Assembly: GCA_015233675.1 (NCBI GenBank)
Contig: JADFXH010000007.1
Coordinates: 44,162 to 108,161 of the forward strand
Direction of reading: 5' to 3'
DNA from: Candidatus Omnitrophota bacterium
GTDB taxonomy: Bacteria; Omnitrophota; Gorgyraeia; Zapsychrales; Fredricksoniimonadaceae
Length of the DNA: 64,000 nt
Under the pieces are notes generated by a model. The model saw only the letters and a list, made by a program, of their open reading frames with translations. It did no database searches and was not told the DNA's origin. Each line of letters opens with the position of its first letter. Within the stretch, counting starts at the first letter, position 1. Positions 55,613-63,720 of this stretch are shown here, in pieces. The position numbers and the translations under genes are program-made.

Positions 55613-56515
55613 TTATTTATAATTACTCACTCTAACTTTTTTTACCCCCCCCGTGCGCTTCTGGCCTTTTTCAACATCCATGGCCTTTTTGAAGCATACG
55701 ATGGCATCTTTATGATTGCCGGAGGTTTCATACACGAATCCCAGGGCTTGGTAATATACGGCCTCGCGAGGCTCAAGGTCAATGGCTTTCTTGTAACATT
55801 TCTTAGCCTCTTCGATCTGTTCGGTCTTCTCATAACAGGTGCCCAGATGATAATAAATATCAGCCTCATCCGGATGTATTTCGCTCGCCTTTTTAAGAAA
55901 CGTAATAGCTTCGGGATATTCCTCAATGGAAAGAAGGCAGTCACCCAACTCGGTGATAAGGTTCGGATCATCTTTTTCCAGCTTGTCGGCTTTTCTCAAA
56001 TACTCAATGGCCTCCTTATATTCTTCCATATTCTTGTGGCACATGGCGATCATGTAAAGGATATTAGCATCCTTCTCATTTCCCTCTTCGAGATAAGAAA
56101 GAAACGAATCCTTGGCTTTTTCGTAATCACCTTTATCAAAAAACTTAAACCCTTGCTCCTTATTAAAATTGACCTTGGCCTCAGGCGGCGCCACAAATAT
56201 GCTCTGATAGGCATTCGAAAGTCCATTCATGATCCGTTCAGCCGCTGAAACAGACGCGAATGCGGCAACCTTCAGCTTCTCTTGGATCTGGGGCAATGGC
56301 TGGTCTTTCTTGACACTTTTGGATTTAGCAGGATGTTTCTTGCCCACCGATTTATTTTTTTCAAAGTGGTCGGACACGTTACCAAGATCAGCCACATCAG
56401 CTTCACTGGAAGAAACATCCGCTTCAACAGCGTCGATAGCACTCTTCTTTGCCTCAACGTCTTCCCTTTTATGTTTTTTAAGCTCTTCCATAACTTCCTC
56501 CATCAATTTCGTCAT
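55613..56515 (-). CDS. mamA: TPR-repeat protein (MamA-like)
   Basis: The C-terminal ~190 aa form 5 consecutive 34-aa TPR units (GDYEKAKDSFLSYLE, EEYKEAIEYLRKA, EEYPEAITFLKKA, EQIEEAKKCYKKAIDL, GNHKDAIVCFKKAMDV). It lies immediately downstream of the CDF pair. Confidence 0.6.
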   Translation of the reverse strand: MTKLMEEVMEELKKHKREDVEAKKSAIDAVEADVSSSEADVADLGNVSDHFEKNKSVGKKHPAKSKSVKKDQPLPQIQEKLKVAAFASVSAAERIMNGLSNAYQSIFVAPPEAKVNFNKEQGFKFFDKGDYEKAKDSFLSYLEEGNEKDANILYMIAMCHKNMEEYKEAIEYLRKADKLEKDDPNLITELGDCLLSIEEYPEAITFLKKASEIHPDEADIYYHLGTCYEKTEQIEEAKKCYKKAIDLEPREAVYYQALGFVYETSGNHKDAIVCFKKAMDVEKGQKRTGGVKKVRVSNYK

Positions 56516-56556
56516 TTTAAAAATGACAAGTTGCTAATTATTAAAACAACAATCTA

Positions 56557-57468
56557 TTACTTCTTTAATAAAACCGGCGCTTTTGCTTTTACTACCAAAT
56601 TTTCCTTACACGTAAAAGAAATAGTCACATCCTTTATCTGGACAAAACGGCGCATCAGAGCGGCACGCACTTCACGGCATATGGCATGCCCTTCCTTGAC
56701 CGTCCTTTTGGGATCAATAATGATCTCCATATCGATCCAGGCCTTTTGCCCAACCCTGCGGGCATGGATGAAATTAACCCCCTTGACTTCCTTATATTGA
56801 AGGGCCTCTTCCTCAATAAGCTTTTCCTTATTACCCGGCAGTGATTCGTCAATAAGATTCCTGAAAGCTTGAATGCCTAATACAATCGCTGACTTCATGA
56901 TCATGAGTCCGACAAAGATAGCTGCTAACGCGTCAAGTATGGGGAAACCTATGTTCGCCGCAAAAACGCCGACCAAAACCGCAATGCTTGAAAGCATGTC
57001 CGAGCGGTTCTCCTGTGCATTAGCAACCATTGCCGGAGAGTTCAATTTCTTCCCCGCGCAAAAACCGTAAGAGGACAGGATATAGTTTGCGATGATCGCA
57101 ACCAAAGCGGCGAAAAAAGCAGCCATGTGAGGAGGTCGGATGACTCCGCTCGTGATCACCACGATCGCATCGACTAAGATCATCACTGAAATGCCAAAAA
57201 GCAATACGTAAGCAAAAACAGCGCCAAGGAATTCCGACTTACCTAAACCCCAGGGATATTTCTTGTCATCCTTATGCCTGGAGAGTGCCACCGTGATAAT
57301 GACCATGAAGGTCGTGACCACGTCTGTCCCCGAATGGATACCGTCGGCAACAAGGCCTTTGGACTTGGCGATATGCCCGACGTAAATCTGAAAAATTGCC
57401 AGCGTTAAATTCCCCATAAGGACGACCCAGGGAACTATCCTGCCGCATCGGATACATTTATCTTGCAT
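56557..57468 (-). CDS. mamB: cation diffusion facilitator (MamB-like)
   Basis: N-terminal CIRCG (CxxC), TM2 ADGIHSGTDV (canonical metal site), KYPWGLGKSEF and a C-terminal ferredoxin-like CTD. It is tandem with a second CDF. Confidence 0.65.
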   Translation of the reverse strand: MQDKCIRCGRIVPWVVLMGNLTLAIFQIYVGHIAKSKGLVADGIHSGTDVVTTFMVIITVALSRHKDDKKYPWGLGKSEFLGAVFAYVLLFGISVMILVDAIVVITSGVIRPPHMAAFFAALVAIIANYILSSYGFCAGKKLNSPAMVANAQENRSDMLSSIAVLVGVFAANIGFPILDALAAIFVGLMIMKSAIVLGIQAFRNLIDESLPGNKEKLIEEEALQYKEVKGVNFIHARRVGQKAWIDMEIIIDPKRTVKEGHAICREVRAALMRRFVQIKDVTISFTCKENLVVKAKAPVLLKK

Positions 57469-57478
57469 GAATTATCCT

Positions 57479-58375
57479 CTACTCCGCCGGAACAACTTGA
57501 ATGGCAATGTTGCCGATATACCTGTCTTCACTGCGCAAAAAAGCCCTGACCGATTGATTGATCGCCTTTGCCTCAAGGACGCTGATGTTCGGATCCATCT
57601 GCATAGTTATATCAAGAATTATCTTCCTGCCTGTCTGGCGAGCCCTCACCTTACTGACATGTTTAATGCCTTTCACCGAGAGAACCCTGTTCTTGATGAT
57701 CTCAAGATAATTCTCGGGAAGATTCGTGTCCATGATGCCAAGAAGGCCGTCTTTAAGGATACCGAAACTGCCATGAAGGACATGCGCGCATTCAAAAATA
57801 GCAATCGCAGGGTCAACCCAATGCAGGCCGAAGCGCGTCAAGATGACGCCGATGGCAACCAGGATCGATGAAACAACGTCGATCTTGTTATGCTCCGCAT
57901 GGGCCTTAAGCGAGGGGCTGTTGAGCTCCTTGCCTCCGCAATGCGAAAATTTAAAAAGAAGGCCGCTGATAATAGCGCTTAAGATCGCCACAAAAAAAAC
58001 GACCGTGTGCTGGACAATGATGATTTTTTTAGCAATGACAATGAACGAACTTAAAATAAGAGCCACGGTGCCTAAGATCATCAAAACGCTCATCCCAACC
58101 TGGGCAATGAACTCGATCTTACCGTAACCGTAAGGATACTTCTCATCCGCCGGCTTTTTTGAATACCTGACACCCAGAATAACAACAATGGAAGAACCGA
58201 CGTCACTCAGGTTGCACAAGCCGCTGCCGATCAAAGCACGGCTGCGCCCCAAAAAACCGACAAAAAGCTTAAAAGCCGCAAGGAAAACGTTAGCAACTAT
58301 CCCCCAAATGATCGTCTTGCGGGCACAAGCCTCACATTTTTTCGGATCTTTTATCTTCTCAAGCTTCATCTTCAA
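57479..58375 (-). CDS. mamM: cation diffusion facilitator with degenerate TM2 site (MamM-like)
   Basis: N-terminal CEACA (CxxC), TM2 GSGLCNLSDV in place of HxxxD, KPADEKYPYGYGKIEF and TM5 HAEHNKIDV. Confidence 0.6.
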   Translation of the reverse strand: MKMKLEKIKDPKKCEACARKTIIWGIVANVFLAAFKLFVGFLGRSRALIGSGLCNLSDVGSSIVVILGVRYSKKPADEKYPYGYGKIEFIAQVGMSVLMILGTVALILSSFIVIAKKIIIVQHTVVFFVAILSAIISGLLFKFSHCGGKELNSPSLKAHAEHNKIDVVSSILVAIGVILTRFGLHWVDPAIAIFECAHVLHGSFGILKDGLLGIMDTNLPENYLEIIKNRVLSVKGIKHVSKVRARQTGRKIILDITMQMDPNISVLEAKAINQSVRAFLRSEDRYIGNIAIQVVPAE

Positions 58376-58637
58376 ATAACTCCTGGCCTTCTTCCGTGGA
58401 TTCGCTCACTTGGCGTTTCTTCTTCATCTTCGCGCCAAAATGGGTCATCAGCCAGAACATGTTCGATATTCCCAACAAATATGAAATCGCTATGATATAG
58501 ATTAACCCGCATTGCCTGTTTTTAATAAGCGGTATCCATATCCGTACAGGATCAGAGTTTTCAAAAACAAAAAATCCCAGGAAAATAAAAGCTAAAATCC
58601 CCGCGATTATTTTTATGACTGTCTTAACCTTCATCAA
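58359..58637 (-). CDS. small 2-TM hairpin membrane protein (LapA/DUF1049-like topology) with acidic tail
   Basis: 92 aa with two TM helices and a C-terminal SESTEEGQELFEDEA. It overlaps the MamM-like gene start by 17 nt. Confidence 0.45.
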   Translation of the reverse strand: MMKVKTVIKIIAGILAFIFLGFFVFENSDPVRIWIPLIKNRQCGLIYIIAISYLLGISNMFWLMTHFGAKMKKKRQVSESTEEGQELFEDEA

Positions 58638-58680
58638 GTTCTCCTGATTTCCGTATCAATCCCTTGGCAAACCGGGATTC

Positions 58681-59862
58681 TTAAAATATCGTTCCCGTTC
58701 CCGGCAATTTTTTCAACATAACATGGCAATTATTGCACTTGCCGCGATATTCATGGGGAGCAACAGCTCCCTTCATGATAGGCGGAGGATTTGGCAATAT
58801 GTCCCCGGCATCTGTCGGAAGCTGTCCGCCGGTCGTCATAATAATATGACAAACCGTGCACGCCTTGTTCCTGCTGCGATGAGGGCTTAAAGCGCCCGGC
58901 GTGATCGGCTGGGCCGCCTCATTTTGCGAAAAACCCATTGTCCTGACCGACGAGAAGGTAAATTCCATCAACTGCCCGCGCCTTGACACCAGCACTTGTG
59001 CTTTGTGCCTGTTCTTCACCCTTCTGGTGGCTTCAGTAAATGCCGCAAGGTCAGGTGTCGCAAAATCGTCCACCGCAACAACCATATCCCCTGCCAATAT
59101 CCCGGATTCAGCAGACTCAAGCGAAATCTCATCAACCAGAAGGCCTTTGGTATCAGGAGGAATTTTATATTCTTTAGACAACTCCGGCGTTGTTGGGATA
59201 AGCTCCAGCCCCAGCCAATGGCCTTCAATAAATTCTTTTTGTGCCGCGCCCTGTTCTTTAGGTGTCGGCAGATTAATTTGAGGCGCATTTACAGAAGGAG
59301 CAATCGCGCCCGCCTCGGCAGTTTCCGCAGGCGAACGGTTCGCGAATGCCGCAGGCAGCATTCCCTGAGGCTGATTAGAAGCAGGAGCCGCAACTGCCAG
59401 CGCACCCATTTTCGGGTCGATATTTAGCATTTTCTTGATCTTATCATGCAAGCCCAATTTATTCTCCATCGTGATATAAAGAGGCTGGCCGTTGCGAAGT
59501 ATGTCCAGAAGAAAGCCCGGTTCATGGCTTACTGTCCTTGCGACTTTAAGAAAATCTGATAAGTTTAATATTTTCTGATTATTGATCGCCTTGATAAGAT
59601 CACCACTACGAACGCCGGCTGAGTAGGCAGGGCCCTCACACCAATTGACCACAACACCTTGTTCATCCTTGGGAATGCCAAATTCCATCCTCATCGCAGG
59701 CGTCACATTCGAAACAGAGATCCCTCCCCATTCCGCATCTCCGGCGCCAATATGCATAAGCGCGGCAATAAAGAAAAGGGCCAAGGCCGCAAGCCCGATA
59801 ATCAGCCAAAGCTGCAACCACCTTTTTTGACGCATTTGTTTAAGTTCAAATTCAATAGCCAT
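58681..59862 (-). CDS. mamP: MamP-like protein: TM anchor, two PDZ domains, two magnetochrome (CxxCH) motifs
   Basis: PDZ cores are GVVVNWCEGPAYSAGVRSGDLIKAINN and GLLVDEISLESAESGILAGDMVVAVDD. The magnetochrome-type motifs are SPHRSRNKACTVCH (CxxCH at 58846-58860) and APHEYRGKCNNCH (58723-58737). Confidence 0.7.
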   Translation of the reverse strand: MAIEFELKQMRQKRWLQLWLIIGLAALALFFIAALMHIGAGDAEWGGISVSNVTPAMRMEFGIPKDEQGVVVNWCEGPAYSAGVRSGDLIKAINNQKILNLSDFLKVARTVSHEPGFLLDILRNGQPLYITMENKLGLHDKIKKMLNIDPKMGALAVAAPASNQPQGMLPAAFANRSPAETAEAGAIAPSVNAPQINLPTPKEQGAAQKEFIEGHWLGLELIPTTPELSKEYKIPPDTKGLLVDEISLESAESGILAGDMVVAVDDFATPDLAAFTEATRRVKNRHKAQVLVSRRGQLMEFTFSSVRTMGFSQNEAAQPITPGALSPHRSRNKACTVCHIIMTTGGQLPTDAGDILPNPPPIMKGAVAPHEYRGKCNNCHVMLKKLPGTGTIF

Positions 59863-59871
59863 AGGCTTGTA

Positions 59872-60135
59872 CTATTTCCCTAACTTTTCAGAGTCGATAT
59901 TAAACCTCTCAATCGCGGTATTGCATTCTTTGCAAACCCACAGATCCCTCTTTGAACCCAGCATATACAAACCGATAAAGAGAAGAGGAATACCTAGCAC
60001 CATGCCAATCCAAAAAAGCGTGGCCAGGATTCCGGCGATGATAAAAAACCCGGCGACCTTACGGTTGTAGCGAGGGCCTGAATACTGCTGCATTTCACCG
60101 TTACAATGTGTGCAAATGATTGGCTTACCTGCCAT
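59872..60135 (-). CDS. small membrane protein: split zinc-ribbon (CxxC ... CxxC) around a 2-TM hairpin
   Basis: 87 aa. CTHCNG is followed by two TM helices (FFIIAGILATLFWIGMVLGIPLLFIGLYML) and then CKECNT. Confidence 0.5.
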   Translation of the reverse strand: MAGKPIICTHCNGEMQQYSGPRYNRKVAGFFIIAGILATLFWIGMVLGIPLLFIGLYMLGSKRDLWVCKECNTAIERFNIDSEKLGK

Positions 60136-60164
60136 GAATAACTCCTTCCTCAGATCGAGGTGAT

Positions 60165-60234
60165 GTCATTCTGAGCCCGAAGGGCGAAGAATCTTAAGGA
60201 GTCTTAAGATCCTTCAGCTTCGCCTCAGGATGAC
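60165..60234. repeat. GTCAT-type palindromic element, two inverted arms (long hairpin)
   Basis: GTCATTCTGAGCCCGAAGGGCGAAGAATCTTAAG ... CTTAAGATCCTTCAGCTTCGCCTCAGGATGAC. The arms are imperfect reverse complements and fill the gap between two genes. Confidence 0.7.
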
Positions 60235-60251
60235 AAATAATTTTGTCCTTT

Positions 60252-61538
60252 TTATTTCCCCCCACCAATAACAATACGCGCAGAATTCGGGTCCTGCTGT
60301 CCTGCAAAATTCTGCTGCGTTTGATTGTTCTGCATCATATTCTGATTATTCTGCGCTCCCATTGAAGATTCCAATATCTGGTGGCAATTGGAACACACGC
60401 CCCGATAAGCATGCGGCAGGGTCGCGTCGCGCGTGATCGGAGGAGCCTGTGTTGTTGGCTGCGTCATAGCGACCTGATTGCCATAATTGCCGTTGCCGTA
60501 ATAGGCATTCTGATTTTGAGCAGGCACCATAGCGGCCTGATTGCCATAATTGCCGTTACCGTAATATCCATTGGGCTGAACATTATATTGAAAATTTTGA
60601 TATTGAGGAGCCATCTGGTTATATTGCGGGGCGGTAGGCTGCATATTATTGGGCTGTTGATAGTAGCCTGGCTGTTGATACATTCCTGCCTGCCCCTGCA
60701 TGGCACCAGCTTGTATTCTTGGAATTGGGCAATATGGGTTGTTCCCCATGCCCTGTCCCTGCATATATTGACCACCCTGACCATAGGCCACTTGTGTATT
60801 CTCAACAACGCCTTGAGGCGCTTGAAAATTCTGATATTGGGGAGCCATCTGATTATATGATTGAGCGCCAGCCTGCATTCTAGGAATCGGGCAGTACGGG
60901 TTATTTCCCATGCCCTGACCCTGCATATATTGACCACCCTGACCAAACGCCACCTGTGTATTGTCAACAACACCCTGAGGTGTTTGCACAGGAACATAGG
61001 CAGGTTGAACTGTGCCATCAACAGGCTGAGGTGATGCTGATATCCTTGCCTGCCTGTAAAGCTTGACGACTTTCTGTGCACGGCCCTGATATCCGCCGAA
61101 TACCCTGATACCGAATTGCATTAAAATGTTATAATCTTGCGGAACGATATTCCCGACAATAACAGCTTCTTCCCCTTTACTGGCAACCAGATAAACAAGC
61201 TGAGTACCGGAGGCCCCGCCTCGATAGGGATTCTTGACGGCTTCAACAAGTTTCCCTGACAAAGGATTGACCACCAGGAAATAACGCGCTTCGTTTAATG
61301 TCGGAGCCACGTTAGATGCCAGGGACTGCCCGTCGGTTGCAATTACAATCATCCCGCAGGCGGGATTGCCCTGCATGGCATTTTTGGCATCTGGTGAAAA
61401 TAAGGCATAAAGGCCAACAATCAGCACCACCAAAATCGCACCAAAAATGAAAAAGGTGTTCAGGTCGGTATTTTTAAACTTCGACATGAATTCCTCAAAG
61501 GATTTTTCAAAACTTTTCCCTTGCGGTTTTTTTACCAT
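60252..61538 (-). CDS. TM anchor + NifX/NifB-C-like (Nitro_FeMo-Co type) domain + Q/N/G/Y-rich repeat region + single magnetochrome motif
   Basis: The ATG at 61538 has GGAGGG 5 nt upstream. The NifX-like region is IVIATDGQSLASNVAPTLNEARYFLVVNP...KNPYRGGASGTQLVYLVASKGEEAVIVGNIVPQDYNILMQFGIRVF. The low-complexity region has 54-aa repeats. The C-terminal LPHAYRGVCSNCH carries CxxCH at 60381-60395. Confidence 0.6.
   Translation of the reverse strand: MVKKPQGKSFEKSFEEFMSKFKNTDLNTFFIFGAILVVLIVGLYALFSPDAKNAMQGNPACGMIVIATDGQSLASNVAPTLNEARYFLVVNPLSGKLVEAVKNPYRGGASGTQLVYLVASKGEEAVIVGNIVPQDYNILMQFGIRVFGGYQGRAQKVVKLYRQARISASPQPVDGTVQPAYVPVQTPQGVVDNTQVAFGQGGQYMQGQGMGNNPYCPIPRMQAGAQSYNQMAPQYQNFQAPQGVVENTQVAYGQGGQYMQGQGMGNNPYCPIPRIQAGAMQGQAGMYQQPGYYQQPNNMQPTAPQYNQMAPQYQNFQYNVQPNGYYGNGNYGNQAAMVPAQNQNAYYGNGNYGNQVAMTQPTTQAPPITRDATLPHAYRGVCSNCHQILESSMGAQNNQNMMQNNQTQQNFAGQQDPNSARIVIGGGK
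60702..60980. repeat. 162-bp (54-aa) tandem coding repeat, ~1.7 copies
   Basis: PQGVVDNTQVAFGQGGQYMQGQGMGNNPYCPIPRMQAGA... is repeated as PQGVVENTQVAYGQGGQYMQGQGMGNNPYCPIPRIQAGA. The DNA copies are near-identical (for example CCCATGCCCTG(A/T)CCCTGCATATATTGACCACCCTGACC). Confidence 0.8.
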
Positions 61539-61563
61539 ATAATCCCTCCATATGCCGCTGATT

Positions 61564-61657
61564 GTCATCCTGAGTGCAACGAAGGATCTTAAGACTCTTA
61601 AGATTCTTCGGCAAATATAACGATTGCCCGGTTTAAGGGCCTTCGCCTCAGAATGAC
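61564..61657. repeat. GTCAT-type palindromic element, two inverted arms with an insert
   Basis: GTCATCCTGAGTGCAACGAAGGATCTTAAG ... GGCCTTCGCCTCAGAATGAC lies in the gap between the PDZ gene stop (61664) and the start at 61538. Confidence 0.65.
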
Positions 61658-61663
61658 GAAAGA

Positions 61664-62299
61664 TTACCTAAAAATCGGCCCATAACGGACCCCTTGACCA
61701 ACAAGAGGCGAACCGAGCTGCCAGCTTCCCTTGTTCGGCCCCGCGAGAGGCCCGTACTGATACGTGAAAGGAATGGTCAAATAAAAAATGTTCCCATCCC
61801 GAAAAATTTCCAACAAGATACCTTCACGGTATTGAACCTTATTGGCCACTTCGATAAACTCGCGGGCAGTCGGGACCGCCTTGCGGCTGATCGAAATAAT
61901 CACATCGCCGGTTTTGACGCCGTACTGCTGCGCCAACTCTTTGCCTTCATCCACAACGAACATCCCTTTGATATTTTTGGGGATCTTAAAATCTTTCCTG
62001 ATAGTCCTTGAGACCGGCGCGATTTCCATGCCGACCCATATCGCACTGTCCCCTCTTTCAATAACCATGCCATTTTGCACAGGTCGAGTTTCCTGTCCTT
62101 CCGGAAAAACTTCTAAAGGAAGGATCTCTAACGATGACAGAAGCCAAAAGAATAAAATAATCGCTGCAATCAAAATCCCTACAAAAAGCACCGGTTGTTT
62201 GGCCCAGTAATCTTTGAGCTTATCAAAAAACTTTTCAAATTTGGATTCGAGAACTGACACTGGTTTTGCTGACACTGGTTTTGCTGGTTTTTTCTTCAT
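61664..62299 (-). CDS. membrane-anchored PDZ-domain protein
   Basis: A Lys-rich N-terminus and a TM (VLFVGILIAAIILFFWLL) are followed by the PDZ core GMFVVDEGKELAQQYGVKTGDVIISISRK. It has a 4-nt overlap with the protease gene. Confidence 0.6.
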   Translation of the reverse strand: MKKKPAKPVSAKPVSVLESKFEKFFDKLKDYWAKQPVLFVGILIAAIILFFWLLSSLEILPLEVFPEGQETRPVQNGMVIERGDSAIWVGMEIAPVSRTIRKDFKIPKNIKGMFVVDEGKELAQQYGVKTGDVIISISRKAVPTAREFIEVANKVQYREGILLEIFRDGNIFYLTIPFTYQYGPLAGPNKGSWQLGSPLVGQGVRYGPIFR

Positions 62300-63681
62300 T
62301 GTAGCCTCACTAGGATCTCATCTTCCCTGCCGTTTCTTAAAATACGCACGTTAACATTCTCGCCGGCCCTGAAATTCTGGACGACTTTCGGAATTTCATC
62401 TTTGTCCGTAATCGTAACACCAGCGACTGAAAGAACCACATCTCCGCGCTGAATACCGGCATCTTCAGCCGGCGAACCATGCATGACCCTGTTGACTAAA
62501 ACACCCTGAGTATCTCTTAACCCGAATTGTTGAGCAATGATGGAATCCATGGGCATGACCTCTAGCCCGAAACGGATCGGAACGGGAGACCTCTTCACGT
62601 TAGGGATATCAGCAGGCAAAGCGGCTAGCATCCCTTTTTGATCGACGGGGAAAGAATAATTCTTGCCGAGATTCCTTGATAAAAAATCTTTGCAGTCATT
62701 GATCGGAATAGCAAAACCTGTACCGCTAAAAACACCTGTCGGCGCGTAGATCGCCGTATTCATCCCGATCACCTCGCCCTTAAGATTGACAAGCGGGCCT
62801 CCGGAGGAACCGCGGTTGATGGCCGTATCGGTCTGAAAAAGATTACCATACTGGACGCCTTCAATCACAATGGACTTGCGTATGCCGCTTATGATGCCGC
62901 TCGTGACCGTCTGTTCAATACCAAAAGGACTTCCTACAGCGACCACATAATCACCGATCTGGCTGAAGGCTGAATCACCTATCGCGGCTTCAGGAAACGG
63001 GCCGTCACCCCTAAGCTTAAGAAGGGCCAGATCCATCTTAGGGTCCTGTGCCACCACATCCGCACGAAAATCACGGGGAGGAGTTCCAAAAATAGTAATA
63101 ACAATATCCGTTGCTTGCGCAATCACATGAAAATTCGTCAGGACAAAACCGCGCTCATCAACGATCATGCCGGCCCCGATATTCTCGAAACCTTTATTTT
63201 CAATGAATTTATCAATGGCACCGCTAAAAGGGGGGACAAACTGCATGTTCTGAGCATCAACAGGTTTTGCTGTAGGCATGCCAACAACGCGCGTGGCATG
63301 CACATCACACACAGAAGGGATAATAGCATTAACAGCGTTTTTTAATGAATCCTGGAAACCGGCATTGACCTGATTGCCGACAAGTTGCATATTGCCATAA
63401 GGGGTGGCCTTGGTAATGGCAGCGAGAGAATAATTCCTGTCAGCGGGAGCTCCATTCATTGCGGCCGGCACAACACCTTTAGGAAAAGACGGTTCACCGG
63501 GGATGGGCAGTTTGAGCTTAGGAGCTTCCACTTCACCTGCCCCCTGCAAGATATCTTCACGCTTCATCACGACCCAGAAGACCGACATGACTGAAAGGGC
63601 AACGACACCGATGATCCATGGGCCTATCGGCTGGTGGCAAAATCCGTCTTCAATTTCTTCCGGTTCTTTATCAAGCGGCAT
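62296..63681 (-). CDS. mamE: membrane-anchored HtrA/trypsin-like serine protease with C-terminal PDZ (MamE-like)
   Basis: A TM (WIIGVVALSVMSVFWVV) is followed by the catalytic triad contexts TNFHVIA, DLALLKL and NRGSSGGPLVN. The PDZ domain is GVLVNRVMHGSPAEDAGIQRGDVVLSVAG. No CxxCH is present in this ORF. Confidence 0.65.
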   Translation of the reverse strand: MPLDKEPEEIEDGFCHQPIGPWIIGVVALSVMSVFWVVMKREDILQGAGEVEAPKLKLPIPGEPSFPKGVVPAAMNGAPADRNYSLAAITKATPYGNMQLVGNQVNAGFQDSLKNAVNAIIPSVCDVHATRVVGMPTAKPVDAQNMQFVPPFSGAIDKFIENKGFENIGAGMIVDERGFVLTNFHVIAQATDIVITIFGTPPRDFRADVVAQDPKMDLALLKLRGDGPFPEAAIGDSAFSQIGDYVVAVGSPFGIEQTVTSGIISGIRKSIVIEGVQYGNLFQTDTAINRGSSGGPLVNLKGEVIGMNTAIYAPTGVFSGTGFAIPINDCKDFLSRNLGKNYSFPVDQKGMLAALPADIPNVKRSPVPIRFGLEVMPMDSIIAQQFGLRDTQGVLVNRVMHGSPAEDAGIQRGDVVLSVAGVTITDKDEIPKVVQNFRAGENVNVRILRNGREDEILVRLQ

Positions 63682-63720
63682 AAGAATGTATATCTTTCTT
63701 TTTAATAAAACCGTTCCGGG

